NCBI GenBank assembly: GCA_977018835.1 | Contig: OZ361257.1 | Span: 1,736,001-1,800,000 of the forward strand | Direction of reading: 5' to 3' | DNA length: 64,000 nucleotides | DNA from: Minutocellus sp. GHC0000111 | Taxonomy: Eukaryota | In this document: piece after piece, positions 12,301 through 25,800 of the stretch | Position numbering within the stretch: the stretch's first letter is position 1 | Layout: each line of letters opens with the position of its first letter | Notes under the pieces: generated by a model | The model's database searches: none | What the model saw: the letters and a program-made list of their open reading frames with translations, nothing else | What the model was told of the DNA's origin: nothing | Program-made: the position numbers and the translations under genes

Positions 12301-13469
12301 ACCGATAGTCTTGTCTACCAAATTCAGCATGAATGGGATCATGGGATGTGAGATCTCAGCACCCCTCGAAGTGAAAACAATTGGTCAATTTGGCCAAAAT
12401 GAAAGTGAGGAGTGAAAATAAAACCTCAAGAACCACTTTTGACAATGACGGCAAAAACTGATTTTTCTTGAATCTCTGCCCCATCTGACCACCAAGGCGG
12501 TAATCAATCGCCATCTCAACATCAGCATTTCTTCTTTATGTATGCAGATCGGCCCTCGATAAATAACTCTGAGCATTGTGCAATTGGCATTTCAAAACTC
12601 GCGAAAATCGTCAATCGGCGCATGTCAGGAACCTCCACCGCGGCGAGACGTCGCTACAATTGCACAGAAAACATGTGATGAATGTTGAATAAGTGGAAGC
12701 AAAGCGACGATGGACCACATAAAAAGTTGGTTTGGTGTCAGTACCGAGCTATGGTAAGGTCGTGGTGTTGAGATCGGGTGCAAGTCATGCTCAAAACATT
12801 CCCATCGACATGAAACTCAATGCTTGAGAATTGCTGAGACGCCATCCCTCGACACCATTGTGGGTACAGATGGGAACCAAGCCGGTACAATGTTCCACAC
12901 AACTTTTGATATTTTCATACTGGTTATATACTTGGGCTATTGATGGTCATCTGCACCGGTTTGGTTGGCACTGTGTGGCTCATTAGGTATCCCATTGGTT
13001 ATTTTGTCGCCATTTTCGCTCTGATGGGGTGGTCACTACAATCAGTCCAGGTGAAGCAACTCATGTCATGAGAAGGTAAGGTGCTGAAACCCATTCGACA
13101 TCGCCAAGGTATACTATAAAGAGTGGAAAGGCTGATATCGCAGGCGTTTGTACTACCGGCAACCCATCGTCTTTCAGCAAATTGACAAGTGATGCCGACA
13201 CCGCTGTCATCTGCTCAGCAGTTCCACGCTACGCTTAATGCTCAACGAGGAGTTCAATTTACCCTAAACGGATGACATCGAGTGTTTAAAACGAATGACA
13301 TAAACACACAGCGAATATTGATAACATTTCCATGGCGACTGGGGTGGTTGAAGGGGTCAAATTACATGGTATTGTATCTTTTGGAGTGCAAAATCTGGTT
13401 TCGGTTGTAGCCGCCACAGGCGACATGGTGCTAGAGGAGTTTCATGAAGGACCAAAAGCTGTTGTAGCT

Positions 13470-14900
13470 CATCATTCCCGCCCACCTATGATATGAGGTA
13501 GACCATTGATGAAAAGTTTCGCGGGGTTTCGGCAAAAGATGGTGGTTCAGTTGCTACTTCAAGCTTTCATGGGGGCCGACGCTACAATTTTGAGGCAGGA
13601 GCCCACAACCGCTGGCACCACTACTGAATGACAACGACTCCCATTCAATGGAGTCAAAAGGTATCAACCCAAGCCTTGACATATCCTTGACCATTTGGTA
13701 TGCCAGTGAAATGTCTTTCGTGACGAGATTGGAAGTACAAGAGGTGAACAGTATGAGAATTCATTTTTCTTTTCTGGGCGGGAAAATCGACTATGTGAGG
13801 AAGGATTTGGACCATTTCTACCAAATCACTGCTGTTGCATATTATCATCTCTCAGATATGGTATCAGGTAGCGGATCGATGAAAGGTTTCGCGGGTTTTC
13901 TGCGTGTTGTGGTAGTTCGGTGGCTATCTGAATGCTCGTGGAGGTTGTCGTCAGGAATTTCTGGCAGTCCAATGGGAACGCTGGAGGTGGCGTTGGAACA
14001 CGACGACGCCCACTTACTGCTTGGAAAGGTCATCAACCAACGCCTCTTAGTATATGCAAGCGTTTGGCATGCTCGTGATATAGCAATGGTGGCGATGGGG
14101 TACATGACAAAGCGATTACATGGCGAAAAATATCTCTGTTCTGGAGGATTTTTGCGAAGCAGCGGAAAAAAATGTTGAAATGGACAGAGAATGGCCATAT
14201 TGAGATACTTTAGCCGCGGTGAATTATCATCTCCGCCAAGCTATTATATAAGGGCGCCAATTGATGAAAAGTTTCGCGGGTTTTCGTGCAGTCTTGATGC
14301 TTCGATGACTAAATGAATGCTCGGGGAGGTCGGCGGTGGGATTTTTCCGACGAAATTTCTAGTACCGAATCATGGTCCAGAGCGGTTACCAACGCCAAAG
14401 AATGTAGCGAAAGGGCATCAAACTCCGCTGCTATATAGTGGCAATGAATTGATATTGAAGTACGATATCTATCCTCCTTCGTTAGGGTGAAATAGGACCA
14501 AAACCGGCTGAATCCTCCTCGCTTTTGTGGTCTGGGGAGGGAAAGATTGAAGGCAGAGTGATAGTTTGGACCCATACGCGCCTAATCACTGCATCATCAT
14601 CGCTCAGTGGTGATATAAGAAAGTGCGCCAAAGGAAAGTTTCGCGGGTTTTGTACAGATCTTGGTGCTTTCGTGGGTACTTGAATTCTCGTGGAGGCTGC
14701 CGCCAGCGTTTCAGTGGGAGCTCACTCAGGTCGCAAATGGCCGCTGCTGAATGCAAAGGAAACACGACTACTGCATTGGAATATTGAAAAGAGACACTCC
14801 GTGGTATATCTGAGGGGGTTGAATGGTCGTGGTATGTCTCTATCTACAATGAGGATGGAACTTGAGACTATTCGTCGTTGAAAATCCAGGCCATTTTCTA
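13470..14900. repeat. Diverged tandem array, about 370-bp period, at least 4 units
   Basis: Core GA(A/G)A(A/G)GTTTCGCGGG(G/T)TTT at about 13511, 13881, 14266 and 14634; flanks (ATCATC upstream, TGAAT(G/T)CTCG(T/G)GGAGG downstream) also align. Confidence 0.75.
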
Positions 14901-15056
14901 GAATTTTCGGCGATAATCGACCTTAGTCGGGGGATCAAGCTTTCTAAAACTATTGATAAAGACCAACACCATGCGTCCGCACCACGATAAAGAATACAAC
15001 GAGTAGATATATTGCGCGATTATTCTTTTATTAGTCTCCTAATGCTTCTCCGCCAT

Positions 15057-18000
15057 TTACGCGCTGAACTGGTTTTGGGCCTTGAGTTCAACGCGGCTGC
15101 ATTTCGAACCAAACTTGATGGAACACAAAGATTCATTGAAGTTCTCGCTGAGAGGATTGCAGCATATGATTGACAATGTCTTACTGTCTCCTGTGAGACT
15201 ATCCTTGAGAAGGTGCGTCAATTTGCTATCACGGAAGGGAACGTGAGGAGCGCCGCTCTGGAGGGCCTCGATTACTGCAGAGAGACAGGACAGACTACTA
15301 TTGATCTTCTTCGTCTCTTCGAGTCTTACACCGGTACTTCCACTTTTGTTCAATCTTTCACTCCCTGCCAGATCGCAGATATTGAGCTTGCTCGAACGAG
15401 TAAATTTGGGCGTCTTGACAGTGAAGTGAATGGTAAAGACCAAATGACTACGAGAACTCTCCGCGTTGCTGTTGGTAGCCGAGACGCATCGTCGGCTCTT
15501 GGCCGTCTCCAAAGCATGGAGGACCTCCTCCACAGTCTTGGCCTCAAGAACGATATTGTTCACGCCAATATCGCCCGAGGAGTTGATCTTCATCTGAACC
15601 TCGGCGGCGTTCTTGGTCATGAGATCACGCAGTTTTTCGTTGTAAATCTCCAACATCTCAACGCCAACGGTAACGGAGCTGGCACCCTTGGATTCGATCT
15701 CGAGATTCGTCTTGGCTTGGAAGATGGTTCGGACCGCGCGGTAGATGATGCCCTCGTTATCCTTCGTTCCGAGCATGGTGTGTGTCTTTCCAGAACCGGT
15801 TTGGCCGTAGGCAAAGAGACAGACGTTGAATCCATCAATCGCTGATTGGATCAGGGGTTCGGTACCCTCCCACACATCATCTTGGTCGCTCTCGGGCGAG
15901 AACACATTGTCAAATCCAAACCGCCACTTCTTACGACGAGCGCTCAGACCACCGCGGTCCTTGTAGGGCTCGGTAATCTCGATCAAGTTCTTGGTCATGT
16001 CATCAGCGGATGAGTTACTCGTCGAAGACGAAGGAGACAGATCCCGATCGCAGATACCAGGGAAGTGGAAGGGACTCTCCTCATCCTGAGTGGCCTTCTT
16101 CCTCTTGCCGGTGCCCTCCTTGGCAATGGCCTGCTCGGCAGGGATGATGGGACGGACTCGAACAAAGACGCGCATGTTGCCCGACAGCTGAATGACGCGG
16201 TTGTGCAGGCATCTGCGCTTCTCCTCCATTACGGTAAGCTTTCGCAGCAGCTCGGCCTCTCGCTCGTCAAAGGTCTCAAGACGCTTGGCAAGACCGGCCT
16301 TGTCATCCTGCAACAAACTCATGTTGGATTCCAGGCGCTTCTTCTGGTCCTCCAGTACAGCATTGTCACTCCTGAGTCCCTTGACTTCCTCCTTGCTCTC
16401 ATCAAAGCTGCGCTTGAGGCCGGATAGCTTCTCATTCGCCTCAGCCTTCTCCCGCTGGAGGTTGGCAATGACCTGCGACGAATCGGTATTGTTGCGCTCC
16501 AAATCGGCAATCTGCCTCTTGGCCGCCTCCAGCTCTCGACGCATGGTATCGAATTCCTCCAGTCTACCGGCCATCTTGGACCGCTCCTCCTGTTCACTGG
16601 CAATCGTCTTTTGCGCGGCCTCGTTCCTGGCACGGAGGTTGATGAGCTCCTGCTCCGCCTCGGAAAGGCGCTTCTCCAGCTCCTCCCGCTCGGCATTGGA
16701 TTCGGCCCCCGATGCCTCCATGCGTTGGATCTTGCCCTCCAGACTGGATATGGTGGCATTGAGCTGCTGCTCACGGGTCTGGAATTCCCGCTGCTGCTCC
16801 TCCGCCTCACGGGCAATTTCCTCGGCATCCGATTCGAGCTTCTCCAATTCCGATCGAGTCACCTGCAGCTCTTCGGCGAGCTTGTGATTCCTCTCCTCGG
16901 CGGCCGACAGCTGCCTCTCGAACTGGGCCTTGTTTTGTTCCTCGATCATAGCCGAGGCACGGACATTCTCCTCCCGAAGACGGGTAATCTCGGCCTCGTA
17001 CTGTCCAGCGCGGTCCTCCAACTCGGCCGACTTGCTCGCCGCCATCTCCAGCTCGGCGGCATTGCTCTGCAACTGCCCGTCGGCCTGGCGGGTGATCTGC
17101 ACAATCTTCTTCTGCAGCTCGTCCTTCTCCAATTCCAGCGATAGCTTCTCGCGCGCCGACTCCTCCAACCGATCCTCGACGTCGGATTTGGACCGCTTGG
17201 CATTCTGGAGTGCCTCGTCGAGACTGCCGACCTTCCACTCCAGCTCGTGGAGCGTCGTTTTGGTATCGTCCAGCTCCGTCTCGAGTTCCGATATGCGCTG
17301 GGCCAGCTTTTCCTTCTCGGCATCGCCGGCGTTGGCGCTGTCTTGCAGCTTTTGCGACAACGATTCGATCTCCCGCGATTTGGTCTGACATTCCTCCCGG
17401 AGGGACTCGACGCGGGAGGACAACTCCGCTTCACGATCACCGGCAGCAGTATTGGTCTGGGCCATCTCCTCCCGGAGCTGATCGACGGTGGACTGCAGCG
17501 ACCGGGTCCGTTCCTCGTACACGGCGCACAACGCCACGTTCTTCTCGTTCTTGGCGATGAGGTCCTGCATGGCGGCCATGGTTTCGACATCGGTCTCGTT
17601 GGTATTGGTGGTCTGAGCGGTCGCCGCGGACTGCTGCTGCTGGAGCGTCATCATCTGCTTCAGTTCCGCAATCTCGGACAGCAGATTGCGCTCGTACTCC
17701 TCCCGGCCGTTGCTATCGCCATCGCTGGGCTCCACCGGCTTGACAGGTGTGGGCGCCGAGGGTGGGTCGGCCCTGCCGCCGTCGGGGGACAGATCGGTGA
17801 AGAATTCCATTTGGCCATCATCGTCGTCATCGGGATCGTCGGCCGTGTTGCGCTTCTTCTGAGGCGGCGAAAGGAGCCGGTCGGTGGAGAAGAGCGGATT
17901 GCCGTGGGCGTCGTACTCCATCAGCTGGAGGTTGTCCCGCGCGGTGGCGACTCGACGGTCACTGTGTCGGTGTTTAGAAAAAGACGATATAGACATACAC

Positions 18001-19003
18001 GAATGCGTTTGTTAGAATTGAATCATATAACAACAAATGCGTAGCTAGTTCATTTCGTGCATGTCCACGTTGCATATTCAAATAGACAATATTGTAATAC
18101 GCACCGATTGTCCTCCTTGGCCCGAATCTCTCTGCGCTCCCGCTCGGCATTCCGGACCTGATCGGGGGGACTGAAGAACAGCATGTCTCCGCCCCCGGCA
18201 CCGTGGGCGTACGCGCTCCGGGCAAATCCCGCGGCCTGCTTCTTCTTGGCGGCCGAGCGGGTGAGCTTGGGGGAGGTGCCCCGGCCGCGTTCCTCCATCG
18301 CCTTCCAGTACGGGGTGGGTCCCTGCTCGAGGGGGGAGGGGGTGCGGACCTTTTGCTCCTCCTGCTCGTCGTCCTCCTTCTTGTTATTGCTGTTGCTGTT
18401 GTTGTTGGCGGTGGCAGATGGCTTTTGGGGGGTGGCGGAGATATCCTCCCGGTTCCTCTTGGTGCTGGCATTGTCCTTGCCATTGTCGGCATTGCCATTG
18501 ACCAGACTCGACGCGTTGGAATCGAACGACATGGCCTCGGCCAGGGTGGTGTCGTTGGCACCTTCGGCGGTATCCTCGGCAGACGAAGCAGAATCCTTCC
18601 CTGTCGTCTTCTTGGCCCACGGCTTCTCCTGCTGCGCCCGTTGTTCCATCTTGGTCGGGCGGCTTTCGGTGCTCCCGGCCGAGCTGGAGGACGACGACGA
18701 CGACGAGGAGGCAGACCCGCTCGACGATGGGCGTCTGTTACTGCTGCTACTGCTACTAGCAATGCCGGCCTTGCGCGGTTTGCGTGCAGCGGCGTTGCTG
18801 GAGGCGGTGCCGCTCTGGAATCGGCCGGTAGAGGGACGGCGGCTTGCAGCAGCAGCAGACGTGGACGAGGAGGGACGGCCGGTGCCGGTGCGAGACGTCG
18901 ACGAAGCGGGTTTGGGTTTGCCGGTCGACGGTGTCGACGAGGAGCGGGTCGACCGGCGGTTCAGGGGGGCCGAGGCGAGGGGCATCCTTGTTGCTGTGGT
19001 CAT
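15057..19003 (-). CDS. Kinesin-14 (C-terminal motor); exons 19003-18105 and 17961-15057
   Basis: Long coiled coil followed by neck LHNRVIQLSGNMRVFVRVRP, P-loop AYGQTGSGKT, NAESSRSH, DLAGSER, HVPFRDSKLT; intron 17962-18104 (GTGCGT...CACAG) joins the two ORFs in frame. Confidence 0.92.
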
Positions 19004-19004
19004 G

Positions 19005-19006
19005 TC

Positions 19007-19037
<31 letters not shown>

Positions 19038-19040
19038 CTC
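19005..19040. repeat. (CT)n/(GA)n microsatellite immediately upstream of the kinesin start codon
   Basis: tctctctctctctctttctctctctttctctctctc. Confidence 0.9.
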
Positions 19041-19428
19041 AAATTCTTCTCGGCTACTTTTCGCTACTTTCGGTTTTGGAAAAACGAACGAACCGGACCT
19101 GCCGAAGAGAAACGGAACGAACGAAGCCAACAACGAGCGATCAAAAGAACACTGCCGGCAAAGACCTGCTCAAGGAATGAGGTAGTGCACGCTGGCGGCG
19201 ATGGGGATGTGTACTAACGTATGCAAAGGAGGAGGACGTCTTCGAGTGGCATCGAGATCGATTTGGCGGACAGATGGGAGAACTTGAAAAAGTGTGGTCG
19301 GAGACCTGATAGAATTCGGGGTTTGTCTCAGTCGATCGAGTCGAGTCAGTCGAGTCGAGTCGAATAAATCGTCAAATCCAAAATCCGAAATTTCACGGGC
19401 GAAGACAGACCGATTTCGCCATCGCATC

Positions 19429-19936
19429 CAGGGTTGTCCACCCGAGGAGATACCCACACCCGAATGGGTGTCGGGTGCCGGTTTTTACAGGGTGGGTGGG
19501 TAGACATTCTACCCACCCGACCAACGCATGGCGGTGGGTGTCACCCACCCGACACCCATCGTTACAGACATGTGGATGGGTGGCTAGATGGGTGTGAAAA
19601 TTGCCTCATCTCGAGGCCAAATTTGCATAATTTTGCACAACAGCCACCACGAACCATGCGCCAAAATCCTCCCTCCAAAAGTGGCCTCCAAGAGCTCAAG
19701 TGCCCACCATGGTGAACTTTTAGCAGAAGAACTCGGCTTTGCCGAAGAAAATTCTGAGTTTGAGCCTCTTATGCACCCAAAATCATACCCATTGCCCACA
19801 CCCGATACCCGCCACTTCAAGCAGCAAATGGGTGCCTACCCGTCTGCATGTACCCACACCCACATCCAGAATTCTCCTCGGGTAACACCCGACACCCACC
19901 CACCCATGACAAAATGTGGTCGGGTAGACAACCCTG
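19429..19936. mobile_element. Non-autonomous hAT-type DNA transposon (MITE), 508 bp
   Basis: 17-bp TIRs CAGGGTTGTC(C/T)ACCCGA (1 mismatch); perfect 8-bp TSD ATCGCATC at 19421-19428 and 19937-19944; subterminal CACCCGA/ACCC repeats. Confidence 0.9.
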
Positions 19937-20179
19937 ATCGCATCGACGGCGACGGCGGCAAAAACCGAAAGTGGCGGCGTATCCGACCGCTTTGGGCTTG
20001 GCTTTGACTGCCTGTACCACGAGCGAGAGGAGAAGATACAACCAGCCAGCCACATCACGATACCGGCTTGTCGGTTTGAGTGGGCCCGCCACCTGCATTC
20101 TTTAATTCCATTTTAGGAGCACATCCAACCCAAAATCCAAAGCACACCGAGTAGAACCGAACCTGCCTTGGAACCAGTC

Positions 20180-22582
20180 ATGTCCCGCCATCGCAACATC
20201 CGCAACCTGACTTAGGACGACTACGACGACTACTACGTGAGTTGATTGTTCTTTTTGCTTTCTTCTCGATGGCTGTAGTGTGTGCTGACTCACTGAAACC
20301 GGTAAACGACCAACAGTAACTCGGTTCCAGCACAACACGTACCATGCATGTGCACATGCATGCATCCGTTTCGCTGGCGTTCTCTTTTTGCCTGCCATCT
20401 CACCCCTCCCCACTTTATTGCCCCCAACTATATTCAGGACGACTACTACTACGACGATGACGACTATTACGAGGAAGAGGAGGACGAACAGTACTCCTAC
20501 CAACAGCAGCAGGAACAGCAGCGCAAGGAACGCGAAGAAAGGGAACGGGCCGCGGCGGCGGCAGCGGCGCTCGAGGCCAAGGCCCAGGAGGCGGCCAACG
20601 CCAGGGCACGGGCGGCGGCAGCATCTGCGGGAAGATCAGTGGGTGTTGGCGCAGGAGGCGCTGGTGGAATAAGTGCGGGAGTTGGTATAGGATCATCTAC
20701 AGGTCCCAAACTGCCATCGGCATCGGAACGGACGGAAAAGGAACGGCTCGTCGAGGGTATGGGTTTTACCGCTATCCAGGCCTGGACGGCCCTCGAGGCC
20801 ACCTCGTACGACGTCCAGCGGGCCATCGAACACTTGGTGGGTAGCAGCTCGGCGGCCATGGGTGCACCACCGCCAGCAGCACAGCAAACACGCCGAGAAG
20901 ACGAGCGCAAGCGGCTGATTGCTTCATTTGATGCGTCGAGGCCGGCACCTCCGCCTCCACCCGTGTCCAGACCGACTGGTACTGGCAAGAAGGGCGGTGG
21001 GGCAGTGAGTATTGGCAGTGCCAGGACATCGCCCGTACCTCCCCCGTCCTCATTAGCCCCGCCCCAATCCTTAACGCCTACCCCCGATACTGATAATTCC
21101 GCTAGTACTCCAGCACCTCCGGCCATTGTGGGCCCAACCACTGGCAAGCGTGCCAAAATTTCCAACGACCTCCTGTCCAGCCTCCAAAATCAGCGCAGCC
21201 GACTGTCGATGGTGGTGCTGGGTCACGTCGACGTCGGCAAGTCTACCCTCATGGGCCAGGTTCTGCTGAAATTGGGTCACGTTCAAAAGCGGACCATTAC
21301 CAAATATCAGAAGCAGGCCGCCGAATTGGGCAAGGCATCCTTTGCCCTGGCGTGGGTGATGGACGAGGATGATTCCGAAAGAGAACGGGGCGTGACGATG
21401 GACATTGGTACCAAGTTCGCCAAAACTCCGACGCACGATTTGACCATATTGGACGCACCGGGCCATGCCGACTTTGTTCCCGCCATGATCACCGGTGCGG
21501 CCTCGGCCGACGTGGGATTGCTGGTGGTGGCGGCGACGCCCGGAGAATTCGAGGCGGGCTTCGAGCCCAGCGATTCGCATCATCGCGGGGGACAGACCCG
21601 AGAGCACATCATATTGCCGCGCGGGCTGGGCGTCTCGCAGCTGCTGGTGGCGGTCAACAAGCTCGATGCGGCCGACCCGTCGTGGAGTCAGGGACGGTTC
21701 GAGGAGATCAAGGGCAAGGTATTGCCGTTCTTGCAGGCCAATGGATTCAAGCCGCATCGTGTGCGGTTTGTTCCCGTGAGTGGTTTGACGGGTACCAATG
21801 TGAAGGATCCGCCGACGAGTGAGGATGCGGCGGCGCTCAGAGAGTGGTACGACGGTCCCACATTGTTGGATGCCATCGATGGGTTCTTCCCGGCGAATCG
21901 CAAGATTGAGGAGCCCATGAGGATTATTGTTTCCGATTTGTTCCCCGAGGGGAAGGGCATAACCGCCAAGGGCCGATGCGTACAGGGCATCTGCAGCGTT
22001 GGCGATCAGGTCATTGTTCTGCCCATCGGAGATGTGGCGACAGTTGGTCGCATCGAACATGGCAAGGCGCAGTCGGCATCGAATCCCTACGGCTTTGCCA
22101 AGGATGAGACTGGCGATGATGAGAAGGAGGGTGCAGAACGTGCCAAGGTTGCCGTTGCCGGCGATAGTGTTGACATTTACCTCACCGGCATTGATATTGC
22201 ACGCATTCATCCTGGAAATGTTCTGAGCCACGTCGATCTGGACCTACGACCCGCGGTCAAGAAGAAGTTCCGAGCAAGTCTCATGGTGATGGATGACCTC
22301 GCCGTGCCCATCATTCGAGGTGCTCAGGCCCTGCTGCATATGCACTCCATAGACACACCGGCGGTTGTGAGCAAACTTATTTGCACCAAGAATAGAGATG
22401 GGTCGGTGAAGCGACAGAAGCCAAGAGTTTTGGCCGGTGGGGCCAGCGCATCCGTGGAGATTACTCTGGACCAAAAGATAAGCATCTCGAAATACGCCGA
22501 CTGTCGAGCTCTCGGCCGTTTCGTGCTGAGACGAGGTGGAGACACCATTGCGGTGGGCATCATTGATGAGATATTAGGATAG
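20180..22582 (+). CDS. HBS1: HBS1-like translational GTPase (eRF3/EF1A family); exons 20180-20236 and 20438-22582; TAG at 20213-20215 in this sequence
   Basis: N-terminus MSRHRNIRN; GHVDx[39 protein letters not shown]; intron GTGAGT...TTCAG in phase. Confidence 0.88.
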
Positions 22583-22891
22583 AATAAATATGCTATTAAT
22601 ATGAGAACATCAAAGACAAGTTGATCCAAACTCTTTTCCTCTTGTTTTAGACCTATTTGGTTTTCGTAAATACTCGTATGCAATTATCTTTTTTCTCGTT
22701 TTCTTTGTCATAATATGTAGTAATTGGTTGTTTGTTCCCCTCCCAGGTGATGTAAACTTAAAAGCTAGCATTTCCTTGCCAGCGGTAGGTTAGTCTTCTT
22801 CCACGCACAGCGCACAAACTACGAGTTCGTACAAAGCTTACCAACCAGCATCATCCTCTGAGAGAAATAAACAGATGGCTGGTTGGTAAAC

Positions 22892-25800
22892 CTACTCGTC
22901 GTCATCAAAGTTAGCCATGAGATGGTCATAGGCTGACTGGTACTTCTTGAACTCTTCTTCAGCATCTTCCTTCGTCATGCCGTGGTCGCTGTCCTGGCGC
23001 CACTTGTCGGGGTGATACTGAAGAGCAAGGCGACGGTCTGAAGAGAAACAGGAAATGGGAAAAGCAAAAATAAATGTAAATTGGTACGACGTAAGAATCA
23101 TATAGTTTAAACGGGCGCACGGAAAAAGACAAAGCTTGTTTGCACAGAAAACTTACACTTGGTCTTGATCGTCTTGGCATCGGCATCGACCGGAACGCCA
23201 AGGATGTCGGCTTGCTCCTCGTTCTCCTCCTGACGGCGCTGAGCCTCACGCTCCTCGTAGGCATCATCAAAGCCACCTCCGAAGAAGAAGCGCCTGAAGA
23301 AGTCGTCCTCTCCATCGTCTTCCTCTTCATAGTACTCATCATCGTCGTCGTCCTCCTCGTAGAAGCCACCCATGCCAGGGCCGAAGGGCATACCGCCCAT
23401 ACCGCCAAACATGGACATGAAGATAGGGTGTGGCATAGGACCCATGCCGCCACCTCTCATGCCACCAAACATTGACATGAAAATGTAATCTTGCATGCGA
23501 GCGCGCATGCGACATTGAGCACAGTCGCAGAATTCAGCATATCCTTCGTCGTCATCATCATACTCCTCCTCGTCACTTTCGTAGTACTGGCGGCGATGGT
23601 GGTGACCTTCATCCGAATCGTCCTCGTCTCCAGCGGCCATGCGCTCTTTCTGCTTTCGCAGGAACTCCAGCATTTCCCCTCTCTCCCGTTCCTTCTCGGC
23701 CTGGCGACGACGACGCTCCTCGGCTTCGCGGGCCCGCTCTTCCTCTTCGAGCAGCTTCTGGATGCGCTCATCCTCGTTGCGCTTGGCCGAAAATGCCCTG
23801 AGACCGGCGTCCAACGTTGAAGCCTTTTCAACCCCGGCTACGTCCGATTGGCTGACAAGGAAGTACTCGAGGTCGAGGCTGACCCCTCCATACGACAATA
23901 GACAGGGAATAAAAATTCCGTAGGAATGGTCGACGTTGTGACCCTTGGCACCGGGACCAGTCTTCTTGCCTTTGTTCATGCCGTTAGACTTGGAATTCTT
24001 GGCATGGACGGTACTAGCGGCACCATCTTCGGCCACATCCAGATTCTCTGGCTTGAAGGTTTGCCCAACATCCTGCTTGCCCTTCTTCGTGTCGAGAGCG
24101 ACGCTGTATTCACCCTTGGTCTCGTCGTAGGAAAGAATGGTACCGTGACAACCATTTAGGTCTTTCTTGCCATTGGAACTGCCACCGCCGGTAGTATCGA
24201 CGCCAGCGATGACGACGCGGCGCTTGATATCATGCTTGTAGAGCTCCTGGTAGGCCTTGGTGGATACATCACGGATGGACGTCATGGCGGAATCGTCTTC
24301 CTGAACCCTGGAAAAAGACAATCCCATAACCTTGGCGCTGCTCTGCAGAATGAGCTCGGTGACGCACAGAATCTGCAGAATCTCCGTGCGGTCCTTGGAC
24401 TTGGCCCGCTCCTCCGCCCAAACCTTGGTCCGAACGGCCTCGGCCTCCACCTGCTCGGCCACCTTGCGCTGGTGCTTCTGCACCTTCTTGGCCTTCTTGC
24501 GCTCCCGGGCGGCGGCCTGCTGCTTGCGAGCCTCCTCTCGCATCCGGGCCAGTCGGTCGCGCTCGTCCTGCTTGGCCCGTTCGGCGGCCTCGGCGGCAGC
24601 AGCTTCCGCATGGCGGGTGGCCTCGAGCTCCTTGGCCTTGATCTTGGCGAGCTCTTCAGGAGTGTGGGTGGCGGCCTTGGGCTTGGCATCGGTACCATCG
24701 GCATCGTTGGCATCGGTAGGAGTATCCTTGATCTTCTTCTTGCGGATGCGCTTCTTCTTGGCCTTCTTGGGTGCTTCACTCACACCATCAACTTTCCCCT
24801 CTGTCGGTGCCAACCCAAGCTTCTGGGCCAGCTTCCGTTCCGCCTCGGCCCGCCGTTCCTCCTCGGCCAGCTCGGCCAACCGTTCGTCCGACGGGCCAAA
24901 GTCCTGTTCCTGGGTCCGACCAAGCTTTTGGAAGTACGCGGCCTCGGCGGGATCGACGTCGTCGTTGGACTCCGCACGACGATGCTTCTGCGGCTGCCTG
25001 GCGCTGATACCACCACCACCGGCACCACCGGTACCACGGGCCAATCCGTCGCGTTCGGTTTCGGCCTTGGCCTCCGCCCGTGATGCGGCGGCAACCTCCC
25101 TCGCATCCACTAATGGCCGCTCGGCGTCGGCAATGGTGGACAGGAGCGATTCGTTGAGCTCCAACAGTTGGGTGAGCTGCTCTTCCTCCCCCATGCCCGT
25201 TGTCGTCGTCATCACGGTCGCCCTCTGCAGCACCTCGACGACGGTCATTTGGACGCTCCGGCACATTTGCAGGGCGGCGTTGAACTCCTCCATCTGGTGT
25301 TGGTTGCCGGATGATGGGTTGGACACGTCCCAAGATTGCGATAGGGTGGATAGCTTGGCAAGGTTGTGGTCCGCCTCGGCCAATGTGATGGGGGAGAGGA
25401 GGGATCGGGGGGTGCGGGTGCGGGTGGGAGTGTTGTTGGTGTTGGTAGTGTTGGTCGACTTGGCGGGGGTAGCATATGCGGCGGCAGTTGCGGCGACGGT
25501 TGCGGTTGCGGCCGACTCCTCCTCCTCATTGTCGTAGTACGCAGCAGTCGCCTCCATCTCCTCCTCGTTCTGCTCGTACATGTACTCCTCCCGACCGTCC
25601 TCCGCCTTGACCTCATCGGTGTTGCTCCTGACGTTGCCGTTGACGATGACGTGCTCGATGGTCTGGTCGATGGTAGGGACCCTACTCTGGTGGGTAGGGA
25701 CACCGCTTGGAGGAGGAGCAGCAGATCCATGGACGGCCAGGCGCAGATCACCGGAGGTCAGCCCCAGGCTGGCCAGGAGGAGCTGCTCCTTGCTCGACTT

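Noticed and set aside
13470..14900. CRISPR-like array
   Set aside because: The inter-core sequences are ~350 bp and homologous to each other, there are no cas genes, and the context is eukaryotic
19330..19365. (AGTCG)n short repeat as a functional element
   Set aside because: Short imperfect microsatellite with no further support
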